Positions 37,872-49,101 of a DNA stretch of 64,000 bases are shown one piece after another. This DNA is from a virus: positions 1-64,000 of IMG/VR virus record IMGVR_UViG_3300021091_000027; one strand, 5' to 3'. The translations under genes were made by a program, and so were the position numbers. The notes beneath the pieces were generated by a model, which was not told the DNA's origin, made no database searches, and was given only the letters and a program-made list of their open reading frames with translations. Position 1 is the stretch's first letter, and every line of letters starts with the position of its first letter.

Positions 37872-39566
37872 ATGGAAACTCCACTAGCTGAACAACCTCC
37901 AGAAAAAATCTATGCAAAGGAAGAGCAAATACTTTCCTTTGTAAAGGCCACATACCCAAATTTAGATCTATCGCCAGGAACCATCTTGAGAGATCTGGTA
38001 GTAAAACTATATGCGCACCTCGAAACTCGTGTACAAGAGCAGATTGATCTGGCTACTATCTCTAGCAGTTTGCTTGAAATTAGCAAAAATCCTAATGTTG
38101 TAAATAATGAGCAGGTATCTAGAGTATTGTCTAATTTTAATGTTGAGCGAGGCGATGGGTCTACAGCATCCGGACTGTTAAGGCTGTTTTTAACCACAAG
38201 CTCCTCTGTAGTAATATCTCCCGATACTAAGTTTACAGTTGGCGGTGTGACCTTTAGCACCTCTTCTTCATATGTGCTAGTTACTTCGACTAATTTTACA
38301 GGAGCTGCGTCTCAAAGACTTATAGAGTCCTCGGGTACTCTGTTTACCGCTACCTTACCGGTATCGGCAACTAATCCTGGGTCCATAGGAAATGTCAGAG
38401 CATCAACGGTGATTTCTTCTATTGTCCCAGCAATATCTTCTATAGTATCTGGAAAAGCTGATTCCGATTTCATCGGAGGCGCTGATGTAGAGGACAATGT
38501 ATCTTTACTCAATAAGGCTAAGACAGGGGTGGTCGGTAAGGCGCTTTCAGGCAGGGCACACATAAATGCCAAGTTGAAGTCTCAATTTGCTGAGATAAAG
38601 GACGTCGGAGTGGTGGGATTTCTTGATCCAGAGATGCATAGAGATGTTGTCGACGAAGTCCACATAGGTAACAGAATAGATTTATATGTTAAGTCTGCAA
38701 GCTATCCTTCGAGGATAACGGAAAGGCTGCCTATGCAGATGATTTCCTATGACCATCAGTACACCCAGGAGGCGATATTTGAAATCGTGTTGCCGCCTTC
38801 TAAAGCGTCCGGCATATACACAATAGAATCTATTCGCTCTGATCTAACACAGGCTGGATCGTTTGAACTCATATCTGATAAAAGAACCATGCAGGGAAAT
38901 TCAATTCATTTGGTTTCCGATAAGGAGACTCCTGCGTTTACTTCATATCAAAATATAGTATTTAGATTTAAGATTCCATATGTTCATATAAATGAGTGCG
39001 CACTGCCGGCTAATAATGCGATGAGCTCATGGGTAAGTAATGCGGCGCCGCCTGCAATATTTCTCAATCAAGAATCGAGTACACCAGACCAGTTCCATGT
39101 ATACGTAGAATACTTAAAGATGCCTAATCTTAAGGAGGTGCAAGCTTACGTCGATTCGGCCGAGGAGCGTAGTCTCAGCGCAGACATGCTTGTAAAGGCG
39201 CCTATTCCTGTAATGTGCAGTATGCAAATGCGATTACTTAAACCTACTGGCTCTGAAAGTCCTAATGTAAATATTCTAAAATCGGCACTGGTATCTAAGT
39301 TTAATTCTTTTGGGATAGGAAAATCAATTCCAGCAAGTGCCCTAATACATACAGCTTATCAGAATTTGCCGGCCGGATATTCCATAGATCTGCCAATACA
39401 TATGTACGGCGTCATTATAAATCCAGACTTATCGAAGGATGTAATTTTTTCTTCTGATGCGCTGAGGCCTCCTAAAAACTATTCTAAGGGTGTTAGTGAA
39501 AACACCTGTGCTTTCTTCATAGAAGCTAATCTTATCGATATCTCCGTAGTGGAGTGCAACTCTTGA
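37872..39566 (+). CDS. baseplate J-like wedge protein (gp6/gpJ)
   Basis: DLSPGTILRDL, SNFNVER..ASG, ATNPGSIGN, FIGGADVED. Confidence 0.85.
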   Translation: METPLAEQPPEKIYAKEEQILSFVKATYPNLDLSPGTILRDLVVKLYAHLETRVQEQIDLATISSSLLEISKNPNVVNNEQVSRVLSNFNVERGDGSTASGLLRLFLTTSSSVVISPDTKFTVGGVTFSTSSSYVLVTSTNFTGAASQRLIESSGTLFTATLPVSATNPGSIGNVRASTVISSIVPAISSIVSGKADSDFIGGADVEDNVSLLNKAKTGVVGKALSGRAHINAKLKSQFAEIKDVGVVGFLDPEMHRDVVDEVHIGNRIDLYVKSASYPSRITERLPMQMISYDHQYTQEAIFEIVLPPSKASGIYTIESIRSDLTQAGSFELISDKRTMQGNSIHLVSDKETPAFTSYQNIVFRFKIPYVHINECALPANNAMSSWVSNAAPPAIFLNQESSTPDQFHVYVEYLKMPNLKEVQAYVDSAEERSLSADMLVKAPIPVMCSMQMRLLKPTGSESPNVNILKSALVSKFNSFGIGKSIPASALIHTAYQNLPAGYSIDLPIHMYGVIINPDLSKDVIFSSDALRPPKNYSKGVSENTCAFFIEANLIDISVVECNS

Positions 39567-40738
39567 AATTGCTGAAGACCAGTTATGTACTGTCCCTGCT
39601 GGGAACTTTCTGGTCCAGATTTTTTAAATCTGTTGAATTGCTTAAATCTATAGTTTCTGGGCAGCTGAGCGTACACGCTCAGTCCGAGCAAGCTGTAGAT
39701 GAGCTGTTGCTGTCTACATCAAATATCGAGATGCCCGCAGGTAAGACAACTGTATGGGAGAAATACGTATTTAGTAATTACAATCAAGCCAAGGAGATAT
39801 TTGGAAATTCAAACAGTAAATATGGTTTTAGTTATTTTTATGGCGAGCCAAGTAGCAATGCTGCTCAATATGCGATACCTGAAGAAATACTATCCATACC
39901 CTTTATGTATGACAGCATTTCCAATCCTACTAAGGTTTTAATCGAAGGAATAGATTATAAATTATCTAAAGGCTTGCTGACTTTTAAACAAACTTTAAAT
40001 GCTTTTCCAACAATATTTTACGCTAAAAATGTTGTAAAGGAATCTGGATTTGTGACCAGCAGACTTGGCTATGCTGTAGGAGTTCAGCTATCCGACGAGG
40101 TATATAGAAAAGTGCCATTCAAACATATATGGAGGCTATTTTCTTATGGTCAGAATTATTTTGACCTTATAAATATGCTTGGGTATTGTGCTAATTCTCC
40201 TATAAGCCAACAAGATGAGACAGTGGAGGCAGTGTTTAATTATCCAAATGTTTGCCAAATCATAACTGATAAGTCTTGCTATATGGTAAAGCCGTCAAAG
40301 ATAAAACAGGATATTGTCGTAGGTAAATTAGTTAAAAAAGGCGAATGCTTTACGTATGGGGTGGAAATCCTACACGATAAGTCTCCAAATATTTTGGAAA
40401 ACATTCCTCAAAATTATAAATCAAATAATACATTTAGATATGGCAGTAAACTGGCAAAAGCCAGTTCTTTGATTCTTATAAAGGCAGATATAGATGGGCT
40501 GGCAAGCTCTTCACTAAAGGTATTACAACAAGTGCTACCTTTGAATATTAGAACTTTAATATTTACAAATGTAGACGTCCCAGCTGCTAATGCGGTTAAT
40601 GCTAATTTTTCTTTTACATGCCTTGGAAGTTTGTCGATTAAGGCTCCTAGCGCTATGATTGGCGTCAGCCCTGACTTAAACCCAAAAATCTCCATTAAAG
40701 CTCAAGGCAGAGTAAAATACACCTCCTACGGATATTAA
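39554..40738 (+). CDS. baseplate wedge protein (gp7/gpI-like)
   Basis: Follows J; LSLLGTFWSRFF; EGIDY. Confidence 0.5.
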   Translation: MQLLKLLKTSYVLSLLGTFWSRFFKSVELLKSIVSGQLSVHAQSEQAVDELLLSTSNIEMPAGKTTVWEKYVFSNYNQAKEIFGNSNSKYGFSYFYGEPSSNAAQYAIPEEILSIPFMYDSISNPTKVLIEGIDYKLSKGLLTFKQTLNAFPTIFYAKNVVKESGFVTSRLGYAVGVQLSDEVYRKVPFKHIWRLFSYGQNYFDLINMLGYCANSPISQQDETVEAVFNYPNVCQIITDKSCYMVKPSKIKQDIVVGKLVKKGECFTYGVEILHDKSPNILENIPQNYKSNNTFRYGSKLAKASSLILIKADIDGLASSSLKVLQQVLPLNIRTLIFTNVDVPAANAVNANFSFTCLGSLSIKAPSAMIGVSPDLNPKISIKAQGRVKYTSYGY

Positions 40739-40739
40739 A

Positions 40740-41234
40740 ATGCCCACAGTAACTGTATTTACATCAGAATTCCCCCAAGCAATGGCAGAGGCCATCTCAG
40801 AAAAGCCTCATAAAATGTTTATGTATCTGGAGTACATTAATGGCAGCCCTCCTAACTATCCAGATGCAAGCTCTGTGCTTGGATTCTCAGATCCTAAGGC
40901 TTACTATTCTGGATTAGGCTCTTCGTCAAACTATCTTAGAGTCCCTGCAATAAAAGATCCAAATGTTCAATTAAACAATTCTAGCCCCTATTCAGCAACT
41001 GTAAACTTTTTTGGACAGTCTAATTCCGCTGCAACAGGGGTAAATGAATCCGGAGCGCCGTTTGGAAGCGGCGTTACCTGCTACGGAGCGGCATTGGTTC
41101 TGGCGCCTTTTGAGCAAGATAAAACCCAGGATCTAATCATAGCCAGGGCATATTTCACAAATGCCCCTTTGATAAAGACAGCTAGCTCCGAGCTGTTCGT
41201 AACCTTCCCATTCTCCACTAGCATAACTGGTTGA
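40740..41234 (+). CDS. baseplate/fibre attachment protein (putative)
   Basis: C-terminal IIARAYF..KTASSELFVTF resembles fibre-collar domains; context. Confidence 0.45.
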   Translation: MPTVTVFTSEFPQAMAEAISEKPHKMFMYLEYINGSPPNYPDASSVLGFSDPKAYYSGLGSSSNYLRVPAIKDPNVQLNNSSPYSATVNFFGQSNSAATGVNESGAPFGSGVTCYGAALVLAPFEQDKTQDLIIARAYFTNAPLIKTASSELFVTFPFSTSITG

Positions 41235-43486
41235 CGCAAATGATCATTCAATCGTGGCAGAACATCCTAGACTCAATTAGAAACGGCGAACCAGTAACCG
41301 CAGAGGTTGCCAATCGCGCCATATTTCAACTTGCTCAAAGAACTGAGCACCTCAAGACTCGTCAGGATGCGCAAGATTACGCCCAGGCACTATTCGTAGC
41401 AGACGCTCCGTTCACCGCAGATGTCAAAACCGGTCATGCGGTGTACTTTGACAAGATCTCAAACAAATTTGCGCCAGCGTATGCCGAGATGGTATATAAA
41501 GATGGTTACCTATCCTTAAGCGAAGCAAGCGCAGTGGTCGGCCTCGTCGTTAACAAGGATACTGCGGACTCAGGTGTAATAGTCGTTGAGGGTCTGATTG
41601 ATCCGACTAAGTATACCGGCATAGACTGCACCGGCGACGACATGACGGCAAATATGCTGGTAAATCAGAACGACAGGGGTCTGCTATATCTGTCCTCCGG
41701 ATTTGCAAATGCCGGATCCCTGATACCAAAACCTGGAGTGCTCAACGTTCCAGTATGCCATCTTTTTGACTCAAAGCATCTTTTGGTCAGACCTCCAGTA
41801 TCGTCTGCCCTTGAGACACAGGCTCTTAAATTCAATCTACATAGCGGACCCGCAACGCCAGAGCTTATACTGCAGAGAGTGTCGGGGTCGACAACAGAGA
41901 ACTTTGCATCTGCGCCGTTCTTAGTTGGAGCAAAGGTGCGATTGGTGTCCGTCCCTTCAAGCAATCCTGACGGAGCTATTATAGACACCTATTTAACCGC
42001 AACGGTGCACAAGATCGACCTTACCCCTGGTAAGATATCGCTGATAGATGTTAAGGTCTCAAAGCATCTGGTGGAATTGCTTGGATCCACAAATCCCCTA
42101 ATAGGCAATTACTCCTCTGTGATGAAAGCTCCATCGGGAAGGGAGCTGGTCTTAAAGCCTATGGATTCGCTGACAGGAACCCAAATAAGCTACAACTCAG
42201 CCTCCATTTCCTCATACGTATCCGTAATCCTAAACGAACCTATTGGACACTCCATAAATACAACCTACGTGGACAAGAGTCTTCCAGGATGGTTGCCGGC
42301 AACTTCTACCTACTTTCCTGACGTTCAGATACCTGCAGGAGCAAGATATGGATACAACTTTGCAGCCGACAGCAACCTGAATCAGCTTTTTCCAGAAGGC
42401 GTAGTTGGAACTTACGTAGTTTTCAAGGATGGCCAAGCTGTATCCTCCCAAGTAGTCAGCACCAACAGCAACGCTATTTGGTGGTTTGACAGCTTCAACG
42501 AACTCCCTTGGGGCAAGTTAGGATACTCCCCCAATGATAGACATATACTGCCAAACACCAACATAACCTACACTGATTGGACTCTAGATGACGCTTCGGG
42601 CATCATAAAGCCCACCCAACTTACTCTGGTGTATACAAAACTGGTAAGCGGCGGGATCAGGGTAGTGACATCGTTAGAGGCCGATACGAATTCTCCTATA
42701 ACAATTACTGATCCTAACGGCAATCCGGCTACAACGGGACCGCTAAAGTTAAGTGCAGGACTCACTATAACTAACCCTTCAAATTCAGAAACAGGGGCCA
42801 TAGTTGTAAAAGACATAACTGGGTTTGCCATGAAGCGTGGGCCAGTGGTGGAAAAACTAGTGGCAGGAGAAAATATATCTCTGAATTCAAGTCTTCCAAA
42901 TGGCCAGGGGGCGGTCACTGTTTCCGTATTAGGGCTCGATGGAAAACTAGAAGGTCAGCCTGATATTCTTGCTATAGACGACATACTAGTCGAAAAGGAT
43001 GCAAGTTTGCCTCTTTTTTATTCAGCAATGCCTCCAGGTAAGGATTCATGTATACTCGGTAAGGTAGATATTCCGGAATTTTTACAGGGCACCTATAAAT
43101 TAAAATTAATTTTTAACTTTATAGCTTTGCACCCCGCCCCGAACGCCGAGCAACTACCTTCATTGGCCTTAACTTGGATTTCAATGAAAGCGCCGCCGAT
43201 CGATGAAGTATACAATTTATCAAGTGGTCCAAATGTTCCGGTTTATGGAGAATACGCGGATCCCGATACCCACTATACCGGCATGCCTCCATTTATTGGA
43301 ATGGCATCTAATAGAGATAACTTTAGAAAAGAAGCAGCTACAGCTTCAGTCACTGCCGGAGGAACGGTATTCTTTAAATTGGCAAGATATAGTTTAAATA
43401 TAGAAGCAGAGTCTGACCCTCCTTACCCTTATAAAATTGGCATAGTGTCAATCAAATATAGACTTGAAAAAGTTGTTGTTGTTTGA
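41231..43486 (+). CDS. tail fibre/baseplate-anchored structural protein
   Basis: N-terminal GEPVTAEVANRAIFQLAQRTEHLK is a fibre-anchor-type motif; beta-rich body. Confidence 0.6.
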   Translation: MTQMIIQSWQNILDSIRNGEPVTAEVANRAIFQLAQRTEHLKTRQDAQDYAQALFVADAPFTADVKTGHAVYFDKISNKFAPAYAEMVYKDGYLSLSEASAVVGLVVNKDTADSGVIVVEGLIDPTKYTGIDCTGDDMTANMLVNQNDRGLLYLSSGFANAGSLIPKPGVLNVPVCHLFDSKHLLVRPPVSSALETQALKFNLHSGPATPELILQRVSGSTTENFASAPFLVGAKVRLVSVPSSNPDGAIIDTYLTATVHKIDLTPGKISLIDVKVSKHLVELLGSTNPLIGNYSSVMKAPSGRELVLKPMDSLTGTQISYNSASISSYVSVILNEPIGHSINTTYVDKSLPGWLPATSTYFPDVQIPAGARYGYNFAADSNLNQLFPEGVVGTYVVFKDGQAVSSQVVSTNSNAIWWFDSFNELPWGKLGYSPNDRHILPNTNITYTDWTLDDASGIIKPTQLTLVYTKLVSGGIRVVTSLEADTNSPITITDPNGNPATTGPLKLSAGLTITNPSNSETGAIVVKDITGFAMKRGPVVEKLVAGENISLNSSLPNGQGAVTVSVLGLDGKLEGQPDILAIDDILVEKDASLPLFYSAMPPGKDSCILGKVDIPEFLQGTYKLKLIFNFIALHPAPNAEQLPSLALTWISMKAPPIDEVYNLSSGPNVPVYGEYADPDTHYTGMPPFIGMASNRDNFRKEAATASVTAGGTVFFKLARYSLNIEAESDPPYPYKIGIVSIKYRLEKVVVV

Positions 43487-43545
43487 TTAATTTGATATAC
43501 ACTGAGCTTTTAGTACACTAGACTTTTTGGCTAGGAGGCTATTAT

Positions 43546-44484
43546 ATGTCTGGAATTATAGGAACTGAATGGCTGAACTCTAATTTGCTGAGAAACTATC
43601 CTCTCAGCCAGTCTGCCACATTAAAATCAATAGATAGTTCGTTTGTCATTCCCGATAGCCTTATGGTAGATATGAAAATCGCCATACCGTTTTTAGCTAA
43701 CTTTCACCCAACAAATGTCTACGTTAGCGCCATAACCATATACCCGCAGGGACTTATAATTCAGTTAGGGTATAAAGACATTACCTCTATCGCTGTATCA
43801 GATCCTATTCTTTTCTCGGGATTTCAAGAATATTCAGCCACTTATTTCAGAGGAGTGGTAAGCGGATTGGCAGACTTTTCTCAACTTTTTGGTACAGCTA
43901 TTATTGGAAAAGTAGATTCCATAAAATCCTATCTTGGCACGTTTAAATTCGAATTGGAGGCAGGGAGATTAGAATCATCCGTAGTATCAGTTGGAGCCAA
44001 AAGAATAAGTGGAATCAAGGTAGTAAAGTCTGAGGCAACTACTCCGGTGCTCTCCGGACAAATTGCTTTTGAGAGCGGCTCAAACCACTCAATTCAGGTA
44101 GATGAAAACACCTTGAAGTTTAATGCAGTAGACGGAGGAGGGCTGCAGACACAGTGTGAGTGCAACGACGTACAGCTAGGACCGTGTATACGCACGATAA
44201 ATAATGTTGAAGGCGATTCTTTGGGTAACATAGTGGTAGCCGCCGGAGACTGCATATCAATAGCCAGTCAAATAGGCGGAATATCTATATCCGATTCATG
44301 CGCAAAACCTTGCTGTGGCTGTAACGAACTGCAAGTCGTAGTCACCGATGTCGAGTCGCTATCTACTCAACTATCTTTTCTTGCTAATCAAATAGCTATA
44401 CTGACCAGTAGTGTTCAGTCGCTGCAGGCTACTTGCCTGGCATCAAATGTAGATTCGTCAAGTTGCGCTCAAGACGGAAACTAA
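43546..44484 (+). CDS. fibre-like paralog 1 (Cys-rich, coiled-coil end)
   Basis: EWLNSNLLRNYP; CIRTINNVEGDSLGNI; CAKPCCGC. Confidence 0.6.
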   Translation: MSGIIGTEWLNSNLLRNYPLSQSATLKSIDSSFVIPDSLMVDMKIAIPFLANFHPTNVYVSAITIYPQGLIIQLGYKDITSIAVSDPILFSGFQEYSATYFRGVVSGLADFSQLFGTAIIGKVDSIKSYLGTFKFELEAGRLESSVVSVGAKRISGIKVVKSEATTPVLSGQIAFESGSNHSIQVDENTLKFNAVDGGGLQTQCECNDVQLGPCIRTINNVEGDSLGNIVVAAGDCISIASQIGGISISDSCAKPCCGCNELQVVVTDVESLSTQLSFLANQIAILTSSVQSLQATCLASNVDSSSCAQDGN

Positions 44485-44485
44485 A

Positions 44486-47400
44486 ATGCGCATAGATAAT
44501 TATAATAGTACCAAACACGATATTTATACGTTTGATGAGACCTACCTGAGACTCATTAGCTGGGGGTTTGGCTCAGGTCCCATAATCCCTTGCGTTACAA
44601 CAGAGTATTCGTCTTATGTAAATTCCAGCGGTCAGACAATTCCAATTCCTCCCGGGGGGCCACTTCCTGATGGATTCATATTTAGACAGCACGCTCCAGT
44701 AATTGGGTATAACCCCGGAATGGTCTCTTTCCTGCAGTCAAGGGGAGTTGACGTACCTGATTTCAGCGGACTGCATGTTAGAAATAGAGGGTCAAATCTC
44801 AATAGGTTTGCGTTCAGATCTGATAGCGGCTTCATACAGGGTGAACCTTTCTGGATCCTTGCCGATAATGGAAACATTCAGAATCCGACTAACGGAATGT
44901 ATGCCGAAAATCCTATTTTTAATCCCCTTGATCACAACAATTGGAACAATGGGGTGCCGCCATTCTGCATGGTGTCTCCGAAGCACTTTCTTGGATGTAA
45001 CCACTTTGTAGGACCTGAAAATAATACAAATCAAACTATACGACTTTTAAAAAAAAATGGTGACATAGTTAATAGGGAAGGTCAATTCATATCTAGATAT
45101 GAGGATGCTAATTTATATAGACTGCTAATTCCACTTACTGAGGAAGAGCAACAACAAATTAATTGCTACGATATAGTTGACTTTAGAACTATTCCCCCTG
45201 AAGTAAAAATTTGGAGACAAGATTCAAACGGTAAATATTTAGTATATACTGTTACTCAAGGTAGCAGTTACTATTCGTCGTCTGGTTTCTCTGGATATTC
45301 GCCTATATTATATAGGCCATATCAAGACCATTCTGGAGAATTTCCAGTTCCCTGGAACCCGCCAAATACACCTTCATGGTATTCAGGTTTAGGTTTTGTT
45401 TGGAATGGTGACAGCGGAAGCCCGCTACTGCTTACTGCAAATGGAAAAACTTATTTATATGGCTTTAGTAATGGCATTATTGACTCCTTTGCCAAAAATA
45501 CTCCGCAAACTGATTGGCTATTAGGAGCGTTGGAGCAAGACGGGGTGGTAAAAAAGCTTGTAAATGCTGAAGAAGGTGGCCAGCTTATTAAATTACCTAC
45601 AGCCTATAAGGCTGGATTTTTAGAGGAAGCAGAATCTAGCGGTCTTCCATTTATAGTTAAAAATCCAAATGGAAATCCCGCTATAGTAAGTGTAAAACTT
45701 TCTGGAGAGTACAACGTATACCCCGGAGAACAGGTTTATCTTAACGACATAGAGATATCTAGTATCTTTAACACTTCAATAGATACGTCTTCTACTGAAG
45801 AAGGTTTGGTCTTTTATATACTTACATGCAACGTATACGCTGGCGATAGATTATTGATAAGTAAATCAGACTTTCAATCATCAGGAGCTTACACGGCAAA
45901 GATTGTAAATATTGGAAAATACAATCACCTTCAACTGAATATAGACGAAGGAAGGCTGGCATTGACAATAGTGTTTTTAAGTGTGCCGACGCTTGTTGAT
46001 TTTAGTCCAACAGATAACTTTCCGCTATCTCCCTTTTGCCTGGAACCTTACACTGGACAGGTATCGCTAAATTTACAAGATCGCAATATATCTACAGGAT
46101 TGTTAACTTTTTCTTCAGGATACAACTATCAATTAGATTATAAATCTGAAAATTTCACAGCAGTGAATTTTGCCGTATCAATAGGGGCTGGAGAGGGGCT
46201 GCAGCCTTGCGAAGATCTTATAGACGTACCTGGCTACCTTAGATCTATAAATGGAGTATCGCCAAACGATAGGGGCGATATAAAGTTGCAAGCCCCTTCG
46301 GAAGATTGTGTCAGTGTTGATACGGGGTACTCTGCTACGTCAGGAGGCAAAATAAAACTTGATTCTCACTGCGCCCCTTGCTGCAGATGCACCGACTATG
46401 AGAATTCATCGGACTACATAAAAGGCGTAGCGGTAAAGTACAGCGAGCTCGTAAAGCAATATAACGCTCTTGTATCCATTTATAATAATGTTCAAACTAA
46501 TTTTGAAGATAGTTTACGCTCCTGTCCAACTCAAGGAAAGCTGAATTCCAGATTTAGAATGTGGCCTCAGCAGAACTTTAAAGTTCAAGTGCAGGCCATG
46601 GTAGAAAATAATACTAATACGCCAACGATAATCAAGAAACTTAAACTTGAGTTAAGTTTAAGCCTTTACAATCCAATATCGGCGGTAGATCCGGAAACAA
46701 ATGCTACGTATCAGATGGATGAAAATGATTCTGTGGCCGCAGTACCGCTTGAGGATGCGTCGTATTTGTACTACAAGAATCTGAATCCAGTATCGCAGGG
46801 CTTCACATTTAGCGTACCGAACTCTGGATCACTTAAATTCGAGGCCGATTTGACTCAATCTGGAATGCCTGTTCCTGGCGGACCCCCAGGGCAAAGTCCT
46901 TATATAACTCCGCCATGTAGCGGGTATGCCATGATAACTGGTGGCTTTGTTATAGTTGATCCTCTGTTTAGAAAGATAGTATCGCTTAATTACAGATCAG
47001 GACTTAACATAAAATTAAATATACTATTTAAATACACTGGAACGGCTCAAGATGAGGATCCATGTAATAATCCGGACGAAGCGGAACATTTGCTAGTTCC
47101 AGCGGGAGGAGTGGAAAAGTCCATAACAATACGGCCTAATAAAAGTTCGGTTAATCCATGCGATTCAATACAGCCTAGCACAATAGCTCAATCTGTAAAT
47201 GAAGAAAATAATATTTTATTTAATTTAAACTTACCTCAAGTAACCTATGGTACCGGCCAGGTAACGATCACCTATAAATCCTTGACAGATGCAGGCTGGC
47301 AAGAGTTTTCCTCGTCTACTGTTAATATAAGTACCGGAAACGCAGGAACTCAGACAATTTCTTTAGGAGGCCTTCCAGAGAACTTAGGAAGTGGAAATCA

Positions 47401-47533
47401 CCAGGTATTGATATCCTATGTACCTGAAGCTGGTGCTAGGCTGTACACAAAGTGCGTGAGATCAGACGATTCAAATGATGTGGCGGAAATACCTGTAGCT
47501 CCATTTCAGGTAGGCAAAGCCTTTAATTTGTAA
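44486..47533 (+). CDS. fibre-like protein with N-terminal trypsin-like (S1/clan PA) serine protease domain
   Basis: MVSPKHFLGCNH (His), YEDANLYRL (Asp), GDSGSPL (Ser); later LRSINGVSPNDRGDI and CAPCCRC plus a coiled coil. Confidence 0.75.
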   Translation: MRIDNYNSTKHDIYTFDETYLRLISWGFGSGPIIPCVTTEYSSYVNSSGQTIPIPPGGPLPDGFIFRQHAPVIGYNPGMVSFLQSRGVDVPDFSGLHVRNRGSNLNRFAFRSDSGFIQGEPFWILADNGNIQNPTNGMYAENPIFNPLDHNNWNNGVPPFCMVSPKHFLGCNHFVGPENNTNQTIRLLKKNGDIVNREGQFISRYEDANLYRLLIPLTEEEQQQINCYDIVDFRTIPPEVKIWRQDSNGKYLVYTVTQGSSYYSSSGFSGYSPILYRPYQDHSGEFPVPWNPPNTPSWYSGLGFVWNGDSGSPLLLTANGKTYLYGFSNGIIDSFAKNTPQTDWLLGALEQDGVVKKLVNAEEGGQLIKLPTAYKAGFLEEAESSGLPFIVKNPNGNPAIVSVKLSGEYNVYPGEQVYLNDIEISSIFNTSIDTSSTEEGLVFYILTCNVYAGDRLLISKSDFQSSGAYTAKIVNIGKYNHLQLNIDEGRLALTIVFLSVPTLVDFSPTDNFPLSPFCLEPYTGQVSLNLQDRNISTGLLTFSSGYNYQLDYKSENFTAVNFAVSIGAGEGLQPCEDLIDVPGYLRSINGVSPNDRGDIKLQAPSEDCVSVDTGYSATSGGKIKLDSHCAPCCRCTDYENSSDYIKGVAVKYSELVKQYNALVSIYNNVQTNFEDSLRSCPTQGKLNSRFRMWPQQNFKVQVQAMVENNTNTPTIIKKLKLELSLSLYNPISAVDPETNATYQMDENDSVAAVPLEDASYLYYKNLNPVSQGFTFSVPNSGSLKFEADLTQSGMPVPGGPPGQSPYITPPCSGYAMITGGFVIVDPLFRKIVSLNYRSGLNIKLNILFKYTGTAQDEDPCNNPDEAEHLLVPAGGVEKSITIRPNKSSVNPCDSIQPSTIAQSVNEENNILFNLNLPQVTYGTGQVTITYKSLTDAGWQEFSSSTVNISTGNAGTQTISLGGLPENLGSGNHQVLISYVPEAGARLYTKCVRSDDSNDVAEIPVAPFQVGKAFNL

Positions 47534-47541
47534 GGAATCAT

Positions 47542-49101
47542 ATGAGAGTAGTAACCAGAGATTTTCTAAACGATAACGAGTTTAAATCGTATCCTATAGA
47601 TATAAGGGCTACCTACGAGCCCTATTACTCTACTGATAAAGTCTCCAGCATAAATTGTCTCCTTACGGATATGTCTATAACTATTCCGGAAAGTGCAGCG
47701 GCTTGCATATTTATAGCAAACATTTCAATAACCCGATCTCTAATATCTATGACTATAATGGGATCTAAGTCTCATCCCTTTTCCGATAATGCGCCGGATG
47801 CCGACGACTACTCCTTGGAGTACTCCATGCTTGGATCCTACGTTGTCGCCACTGTAGAAACTCGTAGACAAACAAATATGAATGGGGTTACCGTTGCTAT
47901 ATCTCCAAAAATTCCAGGAGTCGGTGGATGGATAACCTTTGGATCTGGGGCCTCTAAGGAAGGCGTTTGGATATTTCAAGGGCCTAGCAGTTCTATGATT
48001 TCAGATTTTTGCATAACCAAATACTCCTATGGAGGTGTGACCACTATTGGAAGATTGGGGTATGACACAGTTTTGGATGGCAGAGTCGAAATGACTGGGC
48101 AAAACGGAATTGAAATACAGCCGGATTCCGATAAGAATGAAATAATAATACGGTTCTCTGGAACATCCAACGAAATAAAACAATCCTTGAGACAATATTC
48201 AGGTGCATGTGGCGGCAGACCTGAATCTGAAACGTGCAGTTTCAGCCCCATAAAAACTATAAATGGGATAAGACCAGAAGGATTAAATTCTGAGATAGTG
48301 CTGGTATTGGATCGTCCACTTTATGCAACCATAACTAACCAGCAGACTGAAAGAGAGAATTTCAAGATATCCTCGGATATTCCATTGGAATCTTTCTGCA
48401 AGGGCAGAATATCCATACCTGAAAGTTGTGCCTCCTCTCAAAGTCTTACAAATATTTTAAAGCAGGCATTCAACGAGACTACAAGTCAGATAGTCCCCGA
48501 TCCATCCATAAAATTGGTATTTGAGGTTCATAGCACAGGGGCACATGTCTTTACTATATTCAATTATAGCCATCAAAATCCATTGAATGCAGGACAAGCC
48601 ATATTCAAGTCTAATGGCAGCGTCAATGTGTTGGGGGAGTCGCTGAATGAGTTGGTTATTGACATGGCTCTTGGAGAGTGGCAAATGTATGGGGTGTCCG
48701 GAGTAAGCATGACTTTATTCGGATCCCTACTGAATAATCTAAGAGCTTTCAAAGAAATTACATATCAGGGGATTACATATCAGGTGTATATTGGCATAGC
48801 TACGGTCTATGATCTGCAGGAAGTGTATGCCGTGGATGTAATTATATCTGCCCCAGACTCATTTGAGGAGGCTGGAAAATATGTTCGTATAGCACATTCT
48901 AGATATGTGCATTCAAATAATCCAGAATACTCCCTTGAATTGAGAGGAACTGGAAATTCTTGGATACTGTCTAAAAATGGAATGTTGTTAGGGGCTGGAA
49001 CGCTAGATGACCAAGGATTCGATTCTAAAGTTCAGTCATACGTTCGTACCAATGGCGAGTCTGCGATAAGAAGTTTGGCTATTAGGAAGGCTGCAGAATG
49101 A
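47542..49101 (+). CDS. fibre-like paralog 3
   Basis: DFLNDNEFKSYP; CGGRPESETC..IKTINGIRP. Confidence 0.6.
   Translation: MRVVTRDFLNDNEFKSYPIDIRATYEPYYSTDKVSSINCLLTDMSITIPESAAACIFIANISITRSLISMTIMGSKSHPFSDNAPDADDYSLEYSMLGSYVVATVETRRQTNMNGVTVAISPKIPGVGGWITFGSGASKEGVWIFQGPSSSMISDFCITKYSYGGVTTIGRLGYDTVLDGRVEMTGQNGIEIQPDSDKNEIIIRFSGTSNEIKQSLRQYSGACGGRPESETCSFSPIKTINGIRPEGLNSEIVLVLDRPLYATITNQQTERENFKISSDIPLESFCKGRISIPESCASSQSLTNILKQAFNETTSQIVPDPSIKLVFEVHSTGAHVFTIFNYSHQNPLNAGQAIFKSNGSVNVLGESLNELVIDMALGEWQMYGVSGVSMTLFGSLLNNLRAFKEITYQGITYQVYIGIATVYDLQEVYAVDVIISAPDSFEEAGKYVRIAHSRYVHSNNPEYSLELRGTGNSWILSKNGMLLGAGTLDDQGFDSKVQSYVRTNGESAIRSLAIRKAAE

Noticed and set aside
22560-41234. Tailocin, eCIS or T6SS locus in a bacterial chromosome
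   Set aside because: Capsid, prohead protease, neck and terminase genes are present, and no housekeeping context is seen.
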